Source: an uncultured Candidatus Saccharibacteria bacterium (GTDB taxonomy: Bacteria > Patescibacteriota > Andersenbacteria > UBA10190). Taken from it: a stretch of 64,000 nucleotides of DNA. Location: the NCBI GenBank assembly GCA_964371255.1, contig CAYJKV010000001.1, positions 163,140 to 227,139 on the forward strand, in the 5' to 3' direction. Below, piece by piece: positions 49,842 through 58,628 of this stretch (positions within the stretch are counted from its first letter, which is position 1; every line of letters starts with the position of its first letter). The notes under the pieces are model-generated. The model made no database searches and had not been told where the DNA came from. It saw nothing but the letters and a program-made list of their open reading frames with translations. Both the position numbers and the translations under genes were made by a program.

Positions 49842-50080
49842 CACGACCTAGATAACAGAAAGCGCAAAACGAAACACGTATAGCAATAATTTAGCGTAAC
49901 AACACTTGTGTTAGAGGTGATTGTTTTGTTCGATTGACTAAAAAATCCCGGCTTGCTAGGTTGGGAATGTTAGTTCGTTCAGGGAAGGGTGGTTGGAGGG
50001 GTCAGGCACAGCATAGTGGAGGTAGGTAGCTTGTAGCTAGATGTTGTGCCTGGCCCGTTTTTTTATCGTATAATATCGAC

Positions 50081-51496
50081 ATGCTTTTTAACTGGCGCGA
50101 GAGGGAAGTGCCATGGACGATATACGGCTTAGCGCTGGCACTGGGAGTGTTCATTATCCTGCGTTTGAATTATTCATTTCCACGGTTTTCTGACGGCAGC
50201 ATCTATTTGTACTTATCATATTTAGTGGGCCAAGGCTTGGTCCCCTATCGGGATTTTTTTTATTCTTCGCCGCCATTAATTCCTTATTTGTTCAGCTTAT
50301 ACGGGTGGATATTTGGATTTAGCTGGCAGGCGTTTGGATACATTCCTCTGTGGTTGTCGTTGGTCGACGCGGTTGTTATTTATTGGTTGATAGTTAAAAA
50401 CGGTTCGCACCTGGGGGCCTTAGCGGCGGCTGTGTTGTATGGTTTGTCATTCGCGACCTTAGCGACAACTGATTTTAACTCCGATGTACATCTGGTGCTG
50501 ACACTAATATTACTGGGCGCGGCGGCGGGACAAAAAAGATGGCCGATAATTAGCGGGATATTTTTTGGGCTGGCAGTTTTAGCGAAGTTATACGCGGTAG
50601 TGGTGCTGGTGGGCTGGGTGGCCGGCTTACTAGGAGATAAAAGGTGGCGGGAAGCGGGGAAGTTTGTATTAGCCAGTACGTTGGTAGCAGGGGTAGCCGT
50701 GGGTTTGATGTGGTGGTGGGTGGGAAATGTCTTTTACGAGCAAATGATTTTGAGTCACATGGGAAAGGTCGAGGGGTTAGCGCGGAAAGAAATATTTATC
50801 TTTTTTATACGACACGATTGGGCATTAGTTTTGGCACCAAGCGGATGGCTGCTGGTTAGAAAAAGAATACCGGGATGGATATGGTGGCCAACGATCGCGT
50901 TGGTTGGCTGGATGACCTGGTGGTCGGATTTTTATTTTCTTTATTTAAAAGTATTGGTGGCGTGGCTGGCATTATGGTGGGGCTGGATAATCACGCAACT
51001 GGATAAGAACATGCGCAAACGGGAGCTGGTGTACGCAGTGCTGGGCGGATTAATAATTGTCTCTACCATTATGATGGCTCGTTATATAGGAGAGCAGGCG
51101 GAGGCGGCCGTGATAGCGCCGTTAGATGAGATTGTTGAATATGTCGAGGACCAGACAGCGGAAGGGGAAGAAATTTACGGATCATTCGAAGTGACACCAT
51201 TAGTGGCACTGGGGGCTAACCGAGCGATATGGCGTCAAGCGGCAGATACAAATATAAAATTCTTTCAAAATGGTTGGTTTAATATGGAGCAGCGGGAACA
51301 AGAGATAAAACAAGATCAAGTCAGAGTGATAATAACAAAGGTGCTATTTGTGAATGGAGGCAGAATGGCTGCGGGACCGGAGCAAGTGCTGCCCCGCAGG
51401 TTCTTTAATGAGAATTGTCGGCTGGGAAAGAGCTGGCCAGTAGAAAATGATTATACGCATAATGCGGTGGCGGTGTGGGAGTGTGAATATAAGTGA
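50081..51496 (+). CDS. GT-C fold membrane glycosyltransferase (ArnT/PMT-like)
   Basis: D..IY.Y....V.QGLVPYRDFFYSSPPL loop, many TMs, LAVLAK. Confidence 0.75.
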   Translation: MLFNWREREVPWTIYGLALALGVFIILRLNYSFPRFSDGSIYLYLSYLVGQGLVPYRDFFYSSPPLIPYLFSLYGWIFGFSWQAFGYIPLWLSLVDAVVIYWLIVKNGSHLGALAAAVLYGLSFATLATTDFNSDVHLVLTLILLGAAAGQKRWPIISGIFFGLAVLAKLYAVVVLVGWVAGLLGDKRWREAGKFVLASTLVAGVAVGLMWWWVGNVFYEQMILSHMGKVEGLARKEIFIFFIRHDWALVLAPSGWLLVRKRIPGWIWWPTIALVGWMTWWSDFYFLYLKVLVAWLALWWGWIITQLDKNMRKRELVYAVLGGLIIVSTIMMARYIGEQAEAAVIAPLDEIVEYVEDQTAEGEEIYGSFEVTPLVALGANRAIWRQAADTNIKFFQNGWFNMEQREQEIKQDQVRVIITKVLFVNGGRMAAGPEQVLPRRFFNENCRLGKSWPVENDYTHNAVAVWECEYK

Positions 51497-51517
51497 GAAA
51501 CCTGAAATCTTGAAATC

Positions 51518-51553
51518 CCTGCCTGCCGGCCTATCTACCGGTAGGCAGGCAGG
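51518..51553. repeat. Nested CCTGCCTGCCGG/CCTATCTACCGGTAGGCAGG REP-like palindrome within an AAATC-type tract
   Basis: cctgcctgccgg-cctatctaccggtagg-caggcagg; related cctgtctatcggtagg at 44880-44895. Confidence 0.65.
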
Positions 51554-51744
51554 TGAAACAAATTCAAAATTATAAACTTAATTAATTAGAAACTGCGGCC
51601 GCGTTCAAGTCAGGTAAGAACCAAGCAGTCTTCATTGACCAAGGATTTGATGGGTAGATCCTACTGCGCTTAAGCTTTGTGGGGCAGGCAAACCGACTGC
51701 TATATCTGCTGGTCGGATATTACCTGCGATTCTTTTGCCAAGAA

Positions 51745-52881
51745 TCATAAGCGGTTATCTTGGATTTGTTGCCGGAGGTCGGCGATATAACTATTGAAGA
51801 AATGAAGGTTATGGAAGGTTAGGAGCTTTAAGCCGGTGATCTCTTGAGCCCTGATCAAATGTGCGATGTAACTTCGTTTATAATCCTGGCAAACATAGCA
51901 GGGGCACTTGGGGTCTAATGGTTTTTGGTCATTCATGAATACGGCATTTTTCAGATTTAATTTTCCGTTATTCGTAAAGGCCGTCCCATGACGGGCATAG
52001 TGGGTGGGAACAATACAGTCGAAGGTATCAATGCCGGCTTTGATAATGGCTGGAATATCTTCGAGGTGGCCGATGCCGAGCAGGTGGCGCGGCTTGTCCG
52101 GCGGTAATTCTTGAAGAACGGTCTGGAGAATCTCCGGCATGATAGTTTTGTCGTCACCGTATTCTCCGCCAATGCCAAAACCAGCGAAAGGTAGCGAGCC
52201 AATGAATTGGGCGGATTGCTGACGCAAGTCGGCAAACTTGCCGCCTTGCACGATGCCAAAAAGAGCTTGGTTAGACGTTTTGGCCGACAAGCATTGTTTG
52301 GCCCAGCGATGGGTGCGTGCCAATGATGCTTTGGTGTATTCCTTATTGGCCACCGGGGAGGTTGCTTCGTCAAAAGTGTAGATGATATCAGCGCCAAGCT
52401 TTTGTTGGATGGCGATCGATTCCGGGGGTCCGATAAAAAGCTGGCGACCATCAACGGGAGAGCGAAAAGTGACGCCCTCATCAGTAATTTTTATATTTTT
52501 TGGCTGCTGGCCGACGGTAACGGTCTCGTCGATCTTTTGTTTGAGAACTTTACCGACGCCATGGTCACGGCCGAACCCGAGGCTGAATACCTGAAAGCCC
52601 CCCGAGTCGGTCATGAGGGGATGACGCCAATTCATAAAATCGTGCAAACCGCCGGCTTGATCGACGAGCTCTTCGCCGGGCTTCAAATGCAGGTGAAAGG
52701 TATTCGCAATTAACATTTGGCAGCCGGCTGCCTCGGCTTCCTGACTGGTCAATGTTTTAATGACAGCTTGGGTTGCCACGGGAACGAGGGTCGGAGTGGC
52801 TACTTCACCATGAGGTGTTTTTAGAATGCCAAGACGAGCGTCGCTCTGGGTGGATTGTTGGCTGATACTAAATTCAATCAT
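51745..52881 (-). CDS. tgt: tRNA-guanine transglycosylase
   Basis: TPHG...TP, ANTFHL, TDSGGFQVFSL, FGIVQGG, PRHLLGIG, FDC, CPCYVC, HNL. Confidence 0.96.
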   Translation of the reverse strand: MIEFSISQQSTQSDARLGILKTPHGEVATPTLVPVATQAVIKTLTSQEAEAAGCQMLIANTFHLHLKPGEELVDQAGGLHDFMNWRHPLMTDSGGFQVFSLGFGRDHGVGKVLKQKIDETVTVGQQPKNIKITDEGVTFRSPVDGRQLFIGPPESIAIQQKLGADIIYTFDEATSPVANKEYTKASLARTHRWAKQCLSAKTSNQALFGIVQGGKFADLRQQSAQFIGSLPFAGFGIGGEYGDDKTIMPEILQTVLQELPPDKPRHLLGIGHLEDIPAIIKAGIDTFDCIVPTHYARHGTAFTNNGKLNLKNAVFMNDQKPLDPKCPCYVCQDYKRSYIAHLIRAQEITGLKLLTFHNLHFFNSYIADLRQQIQDNRL

Positions 52882-52966
52882 GGGTGCGGAAGGGATGATA
52901 AGGTATTAATATAAAGAGGTTTGTTGTAGGTGTATCATAGAGCTCAATAAAGAAAAAGACCCGGTG

Positions 52967-53002
52967 ATAATATTACGATATTACATAATGTCGTAATATT
53001 AT
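52967..53002. promoter_or_regulatory. Conserved palindrome copy 3 (upstream of TrpR/YerC-like gene)
   Basis: ATAATATTACGATATTA-CA-TAATGTCGTAATATTAT, 17-bp arms with one mismatch; centre inverted relative to the other copies. Confidence 0.7.
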
Positions 53003-53044
53003 TTAGGCAGGGAACAAGCGGTTTAATAAAGAAGGAGGTGTTAA

Positions 53045-53503
53045 ATGATGGGCAGATTTGATTATCGAGGATTGTCTGCCGAGAAGCGGCGCGAGTTTTT
53101 GGATAGGCTGGCTGATATAGTCGCGCACATTCGAAAAAAGGAAGAAGCACGATTTTTTCTTGAGAGACTTTTAACAGAAAGTGAAGTGGTGATGCTAATG
53201 CGCCGGTTGGAAGTGGCCGAACTGCTGCTGGACGGATTAACGTATGAAAAGATCAGGCGTAAATTGGGCGTGGGAACGTCAACGATTTATATCGTTGATA
53301 AGTGGCTGACTGAAGCAGCCTATGAATACAGAGAGATACGAGCGTATCAGAGAAGGATAGGCAAAGATGCCAAGCGAGCCAGAGAAAGAGACAGTAAACG
53401 CGCAAAGGGGCATGTGGAATCGACGATGCCTGGAACATTAAGGCAGATGATTCGTCATGATGCACGATTTATCCTGTTTCGTTTGCTGTTGGGCAATGTT
53501 TAG
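53045..53503 (+). CDS. TrpR-like (YerC/YecD family) DNA-binding protein
   Basis: FLERLLTESEVVMLMRRLEVAELLLDGLTYEKIRRKLGVGTSTI..V matches the TrpR/YerC HTH pattern; SD AGGAGG. Confidence 0.85.
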   Translation: MMGRFDYRGLSAEKRREFLDRLADIVAHIRKKEEARFFLERLLTESEVVMLMRRLEVAELLLDGLTYEKIRRKLGVGTSTIYIVDKWLTEAAYEYREIRAYQRRIGKDAKRARERDSKRAKGHVESTMPGTLRQMIRHDARFILFRLLLGNV

Positions 53504-53573
53504 ATCGGAACCGAAGGAGTGTGACGCGGTCAGGAGATTTATATAAGTGGATTGATGGGGGGTGATGATTTAC

Positions 53574-53599
53574 ATTACGATATTATGTAATATCGTAAT
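53574..53599. promoter_or_regulatory. Conserved palindrome copy 4 (downstream of TrpR/YerC-like gene)
   Basis: ATTACGATATTA-TG-TAATATCGTAAT, perfect 12-bp arms. Confidence 0.7.
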
Positions 53600-53712
53600 A
53601 TGTGATTTGGGGGTAATGTGTGGTTTGCGGGTGAATGGGGCGAGAGGCTGGTGAGGAGAGGGGCGGGTGAGGGCAGGGGGACGCAGAAATATTATTAAAA
53701 ATATTCATTGGT

Positions 53713-54003
53713 TTATTGATGGGCTGATGGCGAGATGGTTTGCTCGTAGTCGGGAAAGTAGGTACTGATCAGCGAGAGGTTAAACTTGGGCAGAATTGAT
53801 TGTTTGGATTCGCGTTTGAGGAGAAAGGCGAAGGATTTTTGAATTAGCTCATCGGGTGTAATGGTACCGGCCGTTAATTTTTGCCAGTATTTTTTATCTA
53901 AGGTGACGGTGTGCGAGGTGGTGTCGGGGTCGGTGCCTAGATCGACGTGGAATTGCCAACTGTCATTAGTTTTAGCCAGTTCTTCGATGTGTATTTTCTC
54001 CAT
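53713..54003 (-). CDS. Small conserved hypothetical protein
   Basis: ...HTVTL...PDELIQKSFAFLLKRESKQSILPKFNL..IS.YFPDYE; protein-like composition. Confidence 0.7.
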   Translation of the reverse strand: MEKIHIEELAKTNDSWQFHVDLGTDPDTTSHTVTLDKKYWQKLTAGTITPDELIQKSFAFLLKRESKQSILPKFNLSLISTYFPDYEQTISPSAHQ

Positions 54004-54077
54004 ATGGCAGGTTGATAAAGTGGTATTTACGCGGTACAAGTATATCACAGCACCTTTTAATTAAGGGCAAAATGATG

Positions 54078-54148
54078 CGGGGTGTAGTATAGAGGCAGTA
54101 CGCAAGGCTGGGGGTCTTGTAGCCCGGGTTCGATTCCCGGCACCCCGA
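54078..54148 (+). tRNA. tRNA-Pro(GGG)
   Basis: CGGGGTGTAGTATAGAGGCAGTACGCAAGGCTGGGGGTCTTGTAGCCCGGGTTCGATTCCCGGCACCCCGA; anticodon loop CT-GGG-GG; CCA not encoded. Confidence 0.93.
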
Positions 54149-54158
54149 CAGAGAGGGT

Positions 54159-54284
54159 GAAGCAGAAGTGGCTGGCTTCACGAGACATGTGTCGCCCCGC
54201 TGTGGCGGGGCGCACTCAATCTCAACCGCGCCCGCGGGGCGCGATTTCCGATATGGTCTCTTAAAGTCCAGCCACTTCTGCTTC
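54159..54284 (+). other. 126-nt multi-stem structured element directly after tRNA-Pro (ncRNA or MITE)
   Basis: 17-bp perfect closing stem GAAGCAGAAGTGGCTGG/CCAGCCACTTCTGCTTC, inner GAGAC/GTCTC and two GC-rich hairpins. Confidence 0.6.
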
Positions 54285-54540
54285 GGGGGAATAAAATAAA
54301 CGTCCATTATAGAATGGTGCGGCTTTTGTCCCTAAATTATATACATCGAATATTTGTTACACTTTAAACAAAATTTCAACTGCCTTCACTGATAAGCCTG
54401 TCGTCGTTATTTTTTTGATAAAAGTTGAAATTGAAGTGATTTTGTTTTTGAACGAAAAAGCCTAGATAAAATGTTATTTATTTACTGCAATAAGGATAGA
54501 ATGATTGTATAATTTATGTTTGAGATTGATGGACAGTATT

Positions 54541-56940
54541 ATGAATGATAAAAATGCTATGCCGATGAATGAGCTGCGCGGTAAGAAGATTTTACTGGTG
54601 AATACTGGATCGGTAAAAAAGCGTTTTGTTTTACAAAAGCTAAAAAAGTTAGGCCTGGTGGTAGTAGTGTTGAACAAGGAAAAGAATTGGGCACAAGCTT
54701 ATATTGATGATTGGATTATCGCCGACACAGGAAATTTCAAAGAGTGTATTCAGGCTGTGCGTGAATACATGAAGAATAATCCGGCAAGTTTGTTTGATGC
54801 GGCAATAACTTTTTGGGAAGACGATGTCCTATTAACCAGTAAGATTACAGATTCGTTCAATCTGGTCGGTATACCATATAGGGTTGCACAAAAAGCGCGA
54901 AACAAATTTGTGTTTAGGGAATTTTGCGAACTGAACGGCATACGCGCGCCCCAGCACGCTTTGTTAAAATCGACTGAAGATTGCAAACGGGTGACACAGA
55001 GTTTCCATTTTCCACTGGTGGTCAAACCAGTATATGGCGCTTCGAGCGCATACGTTGTCAAAGTAGACGATGAAGATGATCTCTATAATACCTTTGAGTA
55101 CATACGGAAGAATATGTCCACCGAAATTGAATCGGCTTTAGCCAATGGGCGGGATATATTAGTGGAGGAATATATTGACGGCAACGAAGTGGACGTAGAT
55201 ATCCTATTGCAGAACGGAAAAGTGAAGTTTTACTCCATTACTGATAATTTCCAAACAAGGGAACCATTTTTTGTGGAAACGGGAGACGCTATACCTTCCA
55301 GCTTGCCGGCTTGGGAGCAGCATAAGTTAGTAGAACTCGCGGAAGAGGTTCTGGAAAAGTTAGCCATCCAGAATGGGTGCATTCATTTTGAAGCCAAAGC
55401 CGCGAAAGACGGACCGGTACCGATCGAAGTGAACTTACGGATGGGTGGAGATTATGTTTATTCGTTTATCAAGGGAGTTTGGGGTGTGGACTTAATTGAG
55501 AACGCCGTAAAAATTGCCTGTGGGATATATATCAGTCACATACCAAAGCCGGAGAGACCGCTGAAGTTCTTGGCCGGAAAATATTTCTTACCGGATAATT
55601 CTGGAATTCTGGCAAAGCTTGATATTAATGAGAAGATGAAAAATGATTATCACTTGGAAGAAGTGAATCTCAACAAGAAGATTGGCGATCCAATTCTAGT
55701 GCCACCGGAGGGATATGAGTTTCTCGGGTGGCTGACGGTAGCCGGAGAGAATGCAATTGATACCCAGGACAATATCAGGGACCTGAGTAAAAATGTGACT
55801 TTTGAGGTGGCGCGATTTGACCGTGATTCTTTTATTGGTAAAACCTCGCGAAAGAACAGATTTTCAGCGGCTAGGTTGAATAAAGACAGTCTGCTGCGCG
55901 CGTTTAAAAAAGAGAATATCAAGCGAATATCGATATCTGATCTGCGCAGTCTGAATATTGGTATAGCTTATAACAGTGATGGGGAAGGGGGTAACCAATC
56001 GGCAGAAAAACCAGCCGGAGCGGCTCAGATGATGGAGCAGACATTGAAAGAACTGGGTTATAAGACAAGTGTGTTTGATTACAATGTGCTGGCGGATGTG
56101 TTTGAAGCGTTGCGTATCAGTGAGGTTAATCTGGTGATCAATGCCGGAGCGCGGGTGCTGGATTCAGAATATGGAGAAGTGCACGCAGCTGCCTTGTTGG
56201 ACATGCTGGATATTCCATATACAGGGCCGAACCCGACAACCCTAGGCGTGTGTCGTGACCTAACGCGAATAAAAAAACTGCTGCAGTTTCATAGCATACC
56301 GACGCCTAAATGGGATTATGTTTATGAGCTGGATGATGAGATACGGGAAGACTTAAAGTTTCCATTAATTGTTAAACCGATGTATGAGGGGGGGCCGATT
56401 AAAATTGGGCAGCAATCGGTAGTAACGGATAAACAGATGCTGCAGGAGGCATTGAATGTATACATCAAAAAATTTAATATACCTGCGATTATTGAAGAAT
56501 TTATTGACGGCGATGAATACCAGGTGGTGATATTGGGTAATGAAAATAACGTGCGGGCACTGCCGCTATCGCGCTTAATTTTTCAAGAACAACCGGTAGG
56601 CGTCTGGCCCATTCATGTCCAGGGAAACGGGGGGATTGAGATAGAAACGAACGATGTCTTAATACAACATCCGCCTAGGAACATTCCTAAAAAACTTGAG
56701 TCCCTCATTACCGAAATGGCGCTCGATACATATAATATTTTGGAAGGCTCTGATTTAGGCCAGGTTAAAATCCGGGTAGATAAAGACCTTAATCCTCATA
56801 TCATTTGCTTTGATCCGCTACCATCTCTGCATCCGCAAGGAGGGGTGGCTGGTGCGGCGGCGGTAAGTGGCATTAGCTATAGCGAGTTGTTAGAAGAGAT
56901 TGTGCGCATTGCGATTACGCGATACAAAAACGAAGAATGA
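54541..56940 (+). CDS. Two-domain ATP-grasp protein (L-amino-acid-ligase-like N-domain plus degenerate Ddl-like C-domain)
   Basis: N-domain FPLVVKPVYGASS, EEYIDG.E, HFEAK, IEVNLRMGG; C-domain LDIPYTG, FPLIVKP, IIEEFIDGDE but lacking the ExN motif. Confidence 0.85.
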   Translation: MNDKNAMPMNELRGKKILLVNTGSVKKRFVLQKLKKLGLVVVVLNKEKNWAQAYIDDWIIADTGNFKECIQAVREYMKNNPASLFDAAITFWEDDVLLTSKITDSFNLVGIPYRVAQKARNKFVFREFCELNGIRAPQHALLKSTEDCKRVTQSFHFPLVVKPVYGASSAYVVKVDDEDDLYNTFEYIRKNMSTEIESALANGRDILVEEYIDGNEVDVDILLQNGKVKFYSITDNFQTREPFFVETGDAIPSSLPAWEQHKLVELAEEVLEKLAIQNGCIHFEAKAAKDGPVPIEVNLRMGGDYVYSFIKGVWGVDLIENAVKIACGIYISHIPKPERPLKFLAGKYFLPDNSGILAKLDINEKMKNDYHLEEVNLNKKIGDPILVPPEGYEFLGWLTVAGENAIDTQDNIRDLSKNVTFEVARFDRDSFIGKTSRKNRFSAARLNKDSLLRAFKKENIKRISISDLRSLNIGIAYNSDGEGGNQSAEKPAGAAQMMEQTLKELGYKTSVFDYNVLADVFEALRISEVNLVINAGARVLDSEYGEVHAAALLDMLDIPYTGPNPTTLGVCRDLTRIKKLLQFHSIPTPKWDYVYELDDEIREDLKFPLIVKPMYEGGPIKIGQQSVVTDKQMLQEALNVYIKKFNIPAIIEEFIDGDEYQVVILGNENNVRALPLSRLIFQEQPVGVWPIHVQGNGGIEIETNDVLIQHPPRNIPKKLESLITEMALDTYNILEGSDLGQVKIRVDKDLNPHIICFDPLPSLHPQGGVAGAAAVSGISYSELLEEIVRIAITRYKNEE

Positions 56941-58001
56941 TTATGAAGGAGATAAAGGTGGAGAAGCAGGAGCTTTCGTTTCGGGAGCCATTTGCAATCG
57001 CTTACGAAACAGTAGATTACGCCTCCGTAATTCTGTTAGGACTGGAAGACGAGAAGGGGAATGTAGGGCTGGGCAGCGCGGCACCGGACGAGACAGTGAC
57101 CGGAGAAAATATCGACGAAATAAAAACACTTTTAGAAAAACGCGTGGATTTGGATTTCTTTTGTCATGCTCTTGAGGATCGGGCATGGTATGAAAAAAGA
57201 ATTCGACAGCAGCTAGATGGCTATCCGTCAGCACAAGCAGCTGTGGAAACAGCTTTGATACATTTGGTAGCGCTACGAGAGGGAGTAAGCCCGCAAAAAT
57301 ATTTTGGAACATGCCGGCCGTCGTGTGCTTTGGTGGTGACGGTGGGAATAAAGCCGTTGCCAGATACGCTAGTTGAAGTTAATAAACGCGTGCAAGACGG
57401 GTTTAAATCAATCAAGTTGAAGGTGGGCTTAGATATGGATGGTGATATAGAAAAAATACAGGCAGTGCGTGAGGCCTTACCAGCTAACATCAAGTTAATT
57501 ATCGATGCTAATCAGGGATATAAGTACGCTGAAGCAAAGCGAGTACTAGAAGCGATTGGCGACTTGAATATTGCGGGAGTGGAGCAGCCTATTTCAGCTA
57601 AGCAAAAGGAAGAATTCAAAAGATTGCGGGCAATGGAGCGGCTGCCGCTGATCGCTGACGAGTTGGCCACCAAAGCGGATGAAGCGAAGCTATTAATGAA
57701 ACAAGATTACGCCGACGGTATTAATATAAAAATGATGAAGTTTGGCGGCCCGAGTTCTTGTCAGGAAATAATTGAATATGCTTTGGAAAGATCAAAGCTG
57801 GTTATGCTGGGGTGCATGTACGAGTCGAATGTTTCGATTACAGCCGCGGCCTATCTGGCGCTGGCTTATCCGATACAGTTTGTTGATTTGGATAGCGGAC
57901 ATTTTGATTTTGAAAATGATGGCACGGCAGGAGGCGCAGCGGTAAGCAATGGTATGTTGTATGTTGATGGGATGCCAAGATTGGTCAAAGGAAAATTTTA
58001 G
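56937..58001 (+). CDS. Dipeptide epimerase (L-Ala-D/L-Glu epimerase family, enolase superfamily)
   Basis: PF.IA, KLK, DANQG, EQP, ADE, NIKMMK, DLD; ATGA overlap with the upstream gene. Confidence 0.9.
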   Translation: MIMKEIKVEKQELSFREPFAIAYETVDYASVILLGLEDEKGNVGLGSAAPDETVTGENIDEIKTLLEKRVDLDFFCHALEDRAWYEKRIRQQLDGYPSAQAAVETALIHLVALREGVSPQKYFGTCRPSCALVVTVGIKPLPDTLVEVNKRVQDGFKSIKLKVGLDMDGDIEKIQAVREALPANIKLIIDANQGYKYAEAKRVLEAIGDLNIAGVEQPISAKQKEEFKRLRAMERLPLIADELATKADEAKLLMKQDYADGINIKMMKFGGPSSCQEIIEYALERSKLVMLGCMYESNVSITAAAYLALAYPIQFVDLDSGHFDFENDGTAGGAAVSNGMLYVDGMPRLVKGKF

Positions 58002-58004
58002 GCT

Positions 58005-58628
58005 ATGAAGAAAGTAATAAAAAACATTATCAGGTCGGACAAGTTCAATGAGAAATATTTCAAGACAGGAAATTATGAGAATTATGAGGAAAATGCGCGG
58101 TTCTGGACTGGACGGGTGGCAAGACAGATAAAAAGGACGAGCAAAAAGCCGAGGCCGCGGATTCTTGACGTGGGTTGTGCTCATGGATATTTGATGACAG
58201 CAGCTCAGAACATTGGCTGTGATGTAGAAGGATTGGAATATTCGGACTATGTAATAAAGGAAGCAATAGAGGGAGTGCGCGGGAAAATTAAGAAGGGCAG
58301 TATCCTTAGGGGTGGTTTTAAAAATGATGAATTTGATGTGGTGGCTTGTTTCAATGTTTTAGAATATATACCGGAGGAGAAAATCGAGTTGGCATTAAAC
58401 AATTTAGTGAAATGGACCAACGACTTAATATTTTTTACGACATGTTTTAAGCATTCGCGCTATTCGTCACAAAAACATAGCCCTGACGAGTTACGAATGA
58501 CCATAAAAACCGAAAAGGAATGGATAGAGCTTTTTCATGATGTTGGCGCAGCACACCTGGCAACATTTTACGACGGAGGTGGCGGCGATGTATTAATATT
58601 CACAAAGAAGCATGGACAAAGAAATTGA
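58005..58628 (+). CDS. Class I SAM-dependent methyltransferase
   Basis: ILDVGCAHG, FDVVACFNVLEYI. Confidence 0.88.
   Translation: MKKVIKNIIRSDKFNEKYFKTGNYENYEENARFWTGRVARQIKRTSKKPRPRILDVGCAHGYLMTAAQNIGCDVEGLEYSDYVIKEAIEGVRGKIKKGSILRGGFKNDEFDVVACFNVLEYIPEEKIELALNNLVKWTNDLIFFTTCFKHSRYSSQKHSPDELRMTIKTEKEWIELFHDVGAAHLATFYDGGGGDVLIFTKKHGQRN

Noticed and set aside
49999-50063. Long-stem hairpin with T tail before the GT-C gene as a novel ncRNA
   Set aside because: Adequately explained as an intrinsic terminator downstream of ndk; no further evidence.
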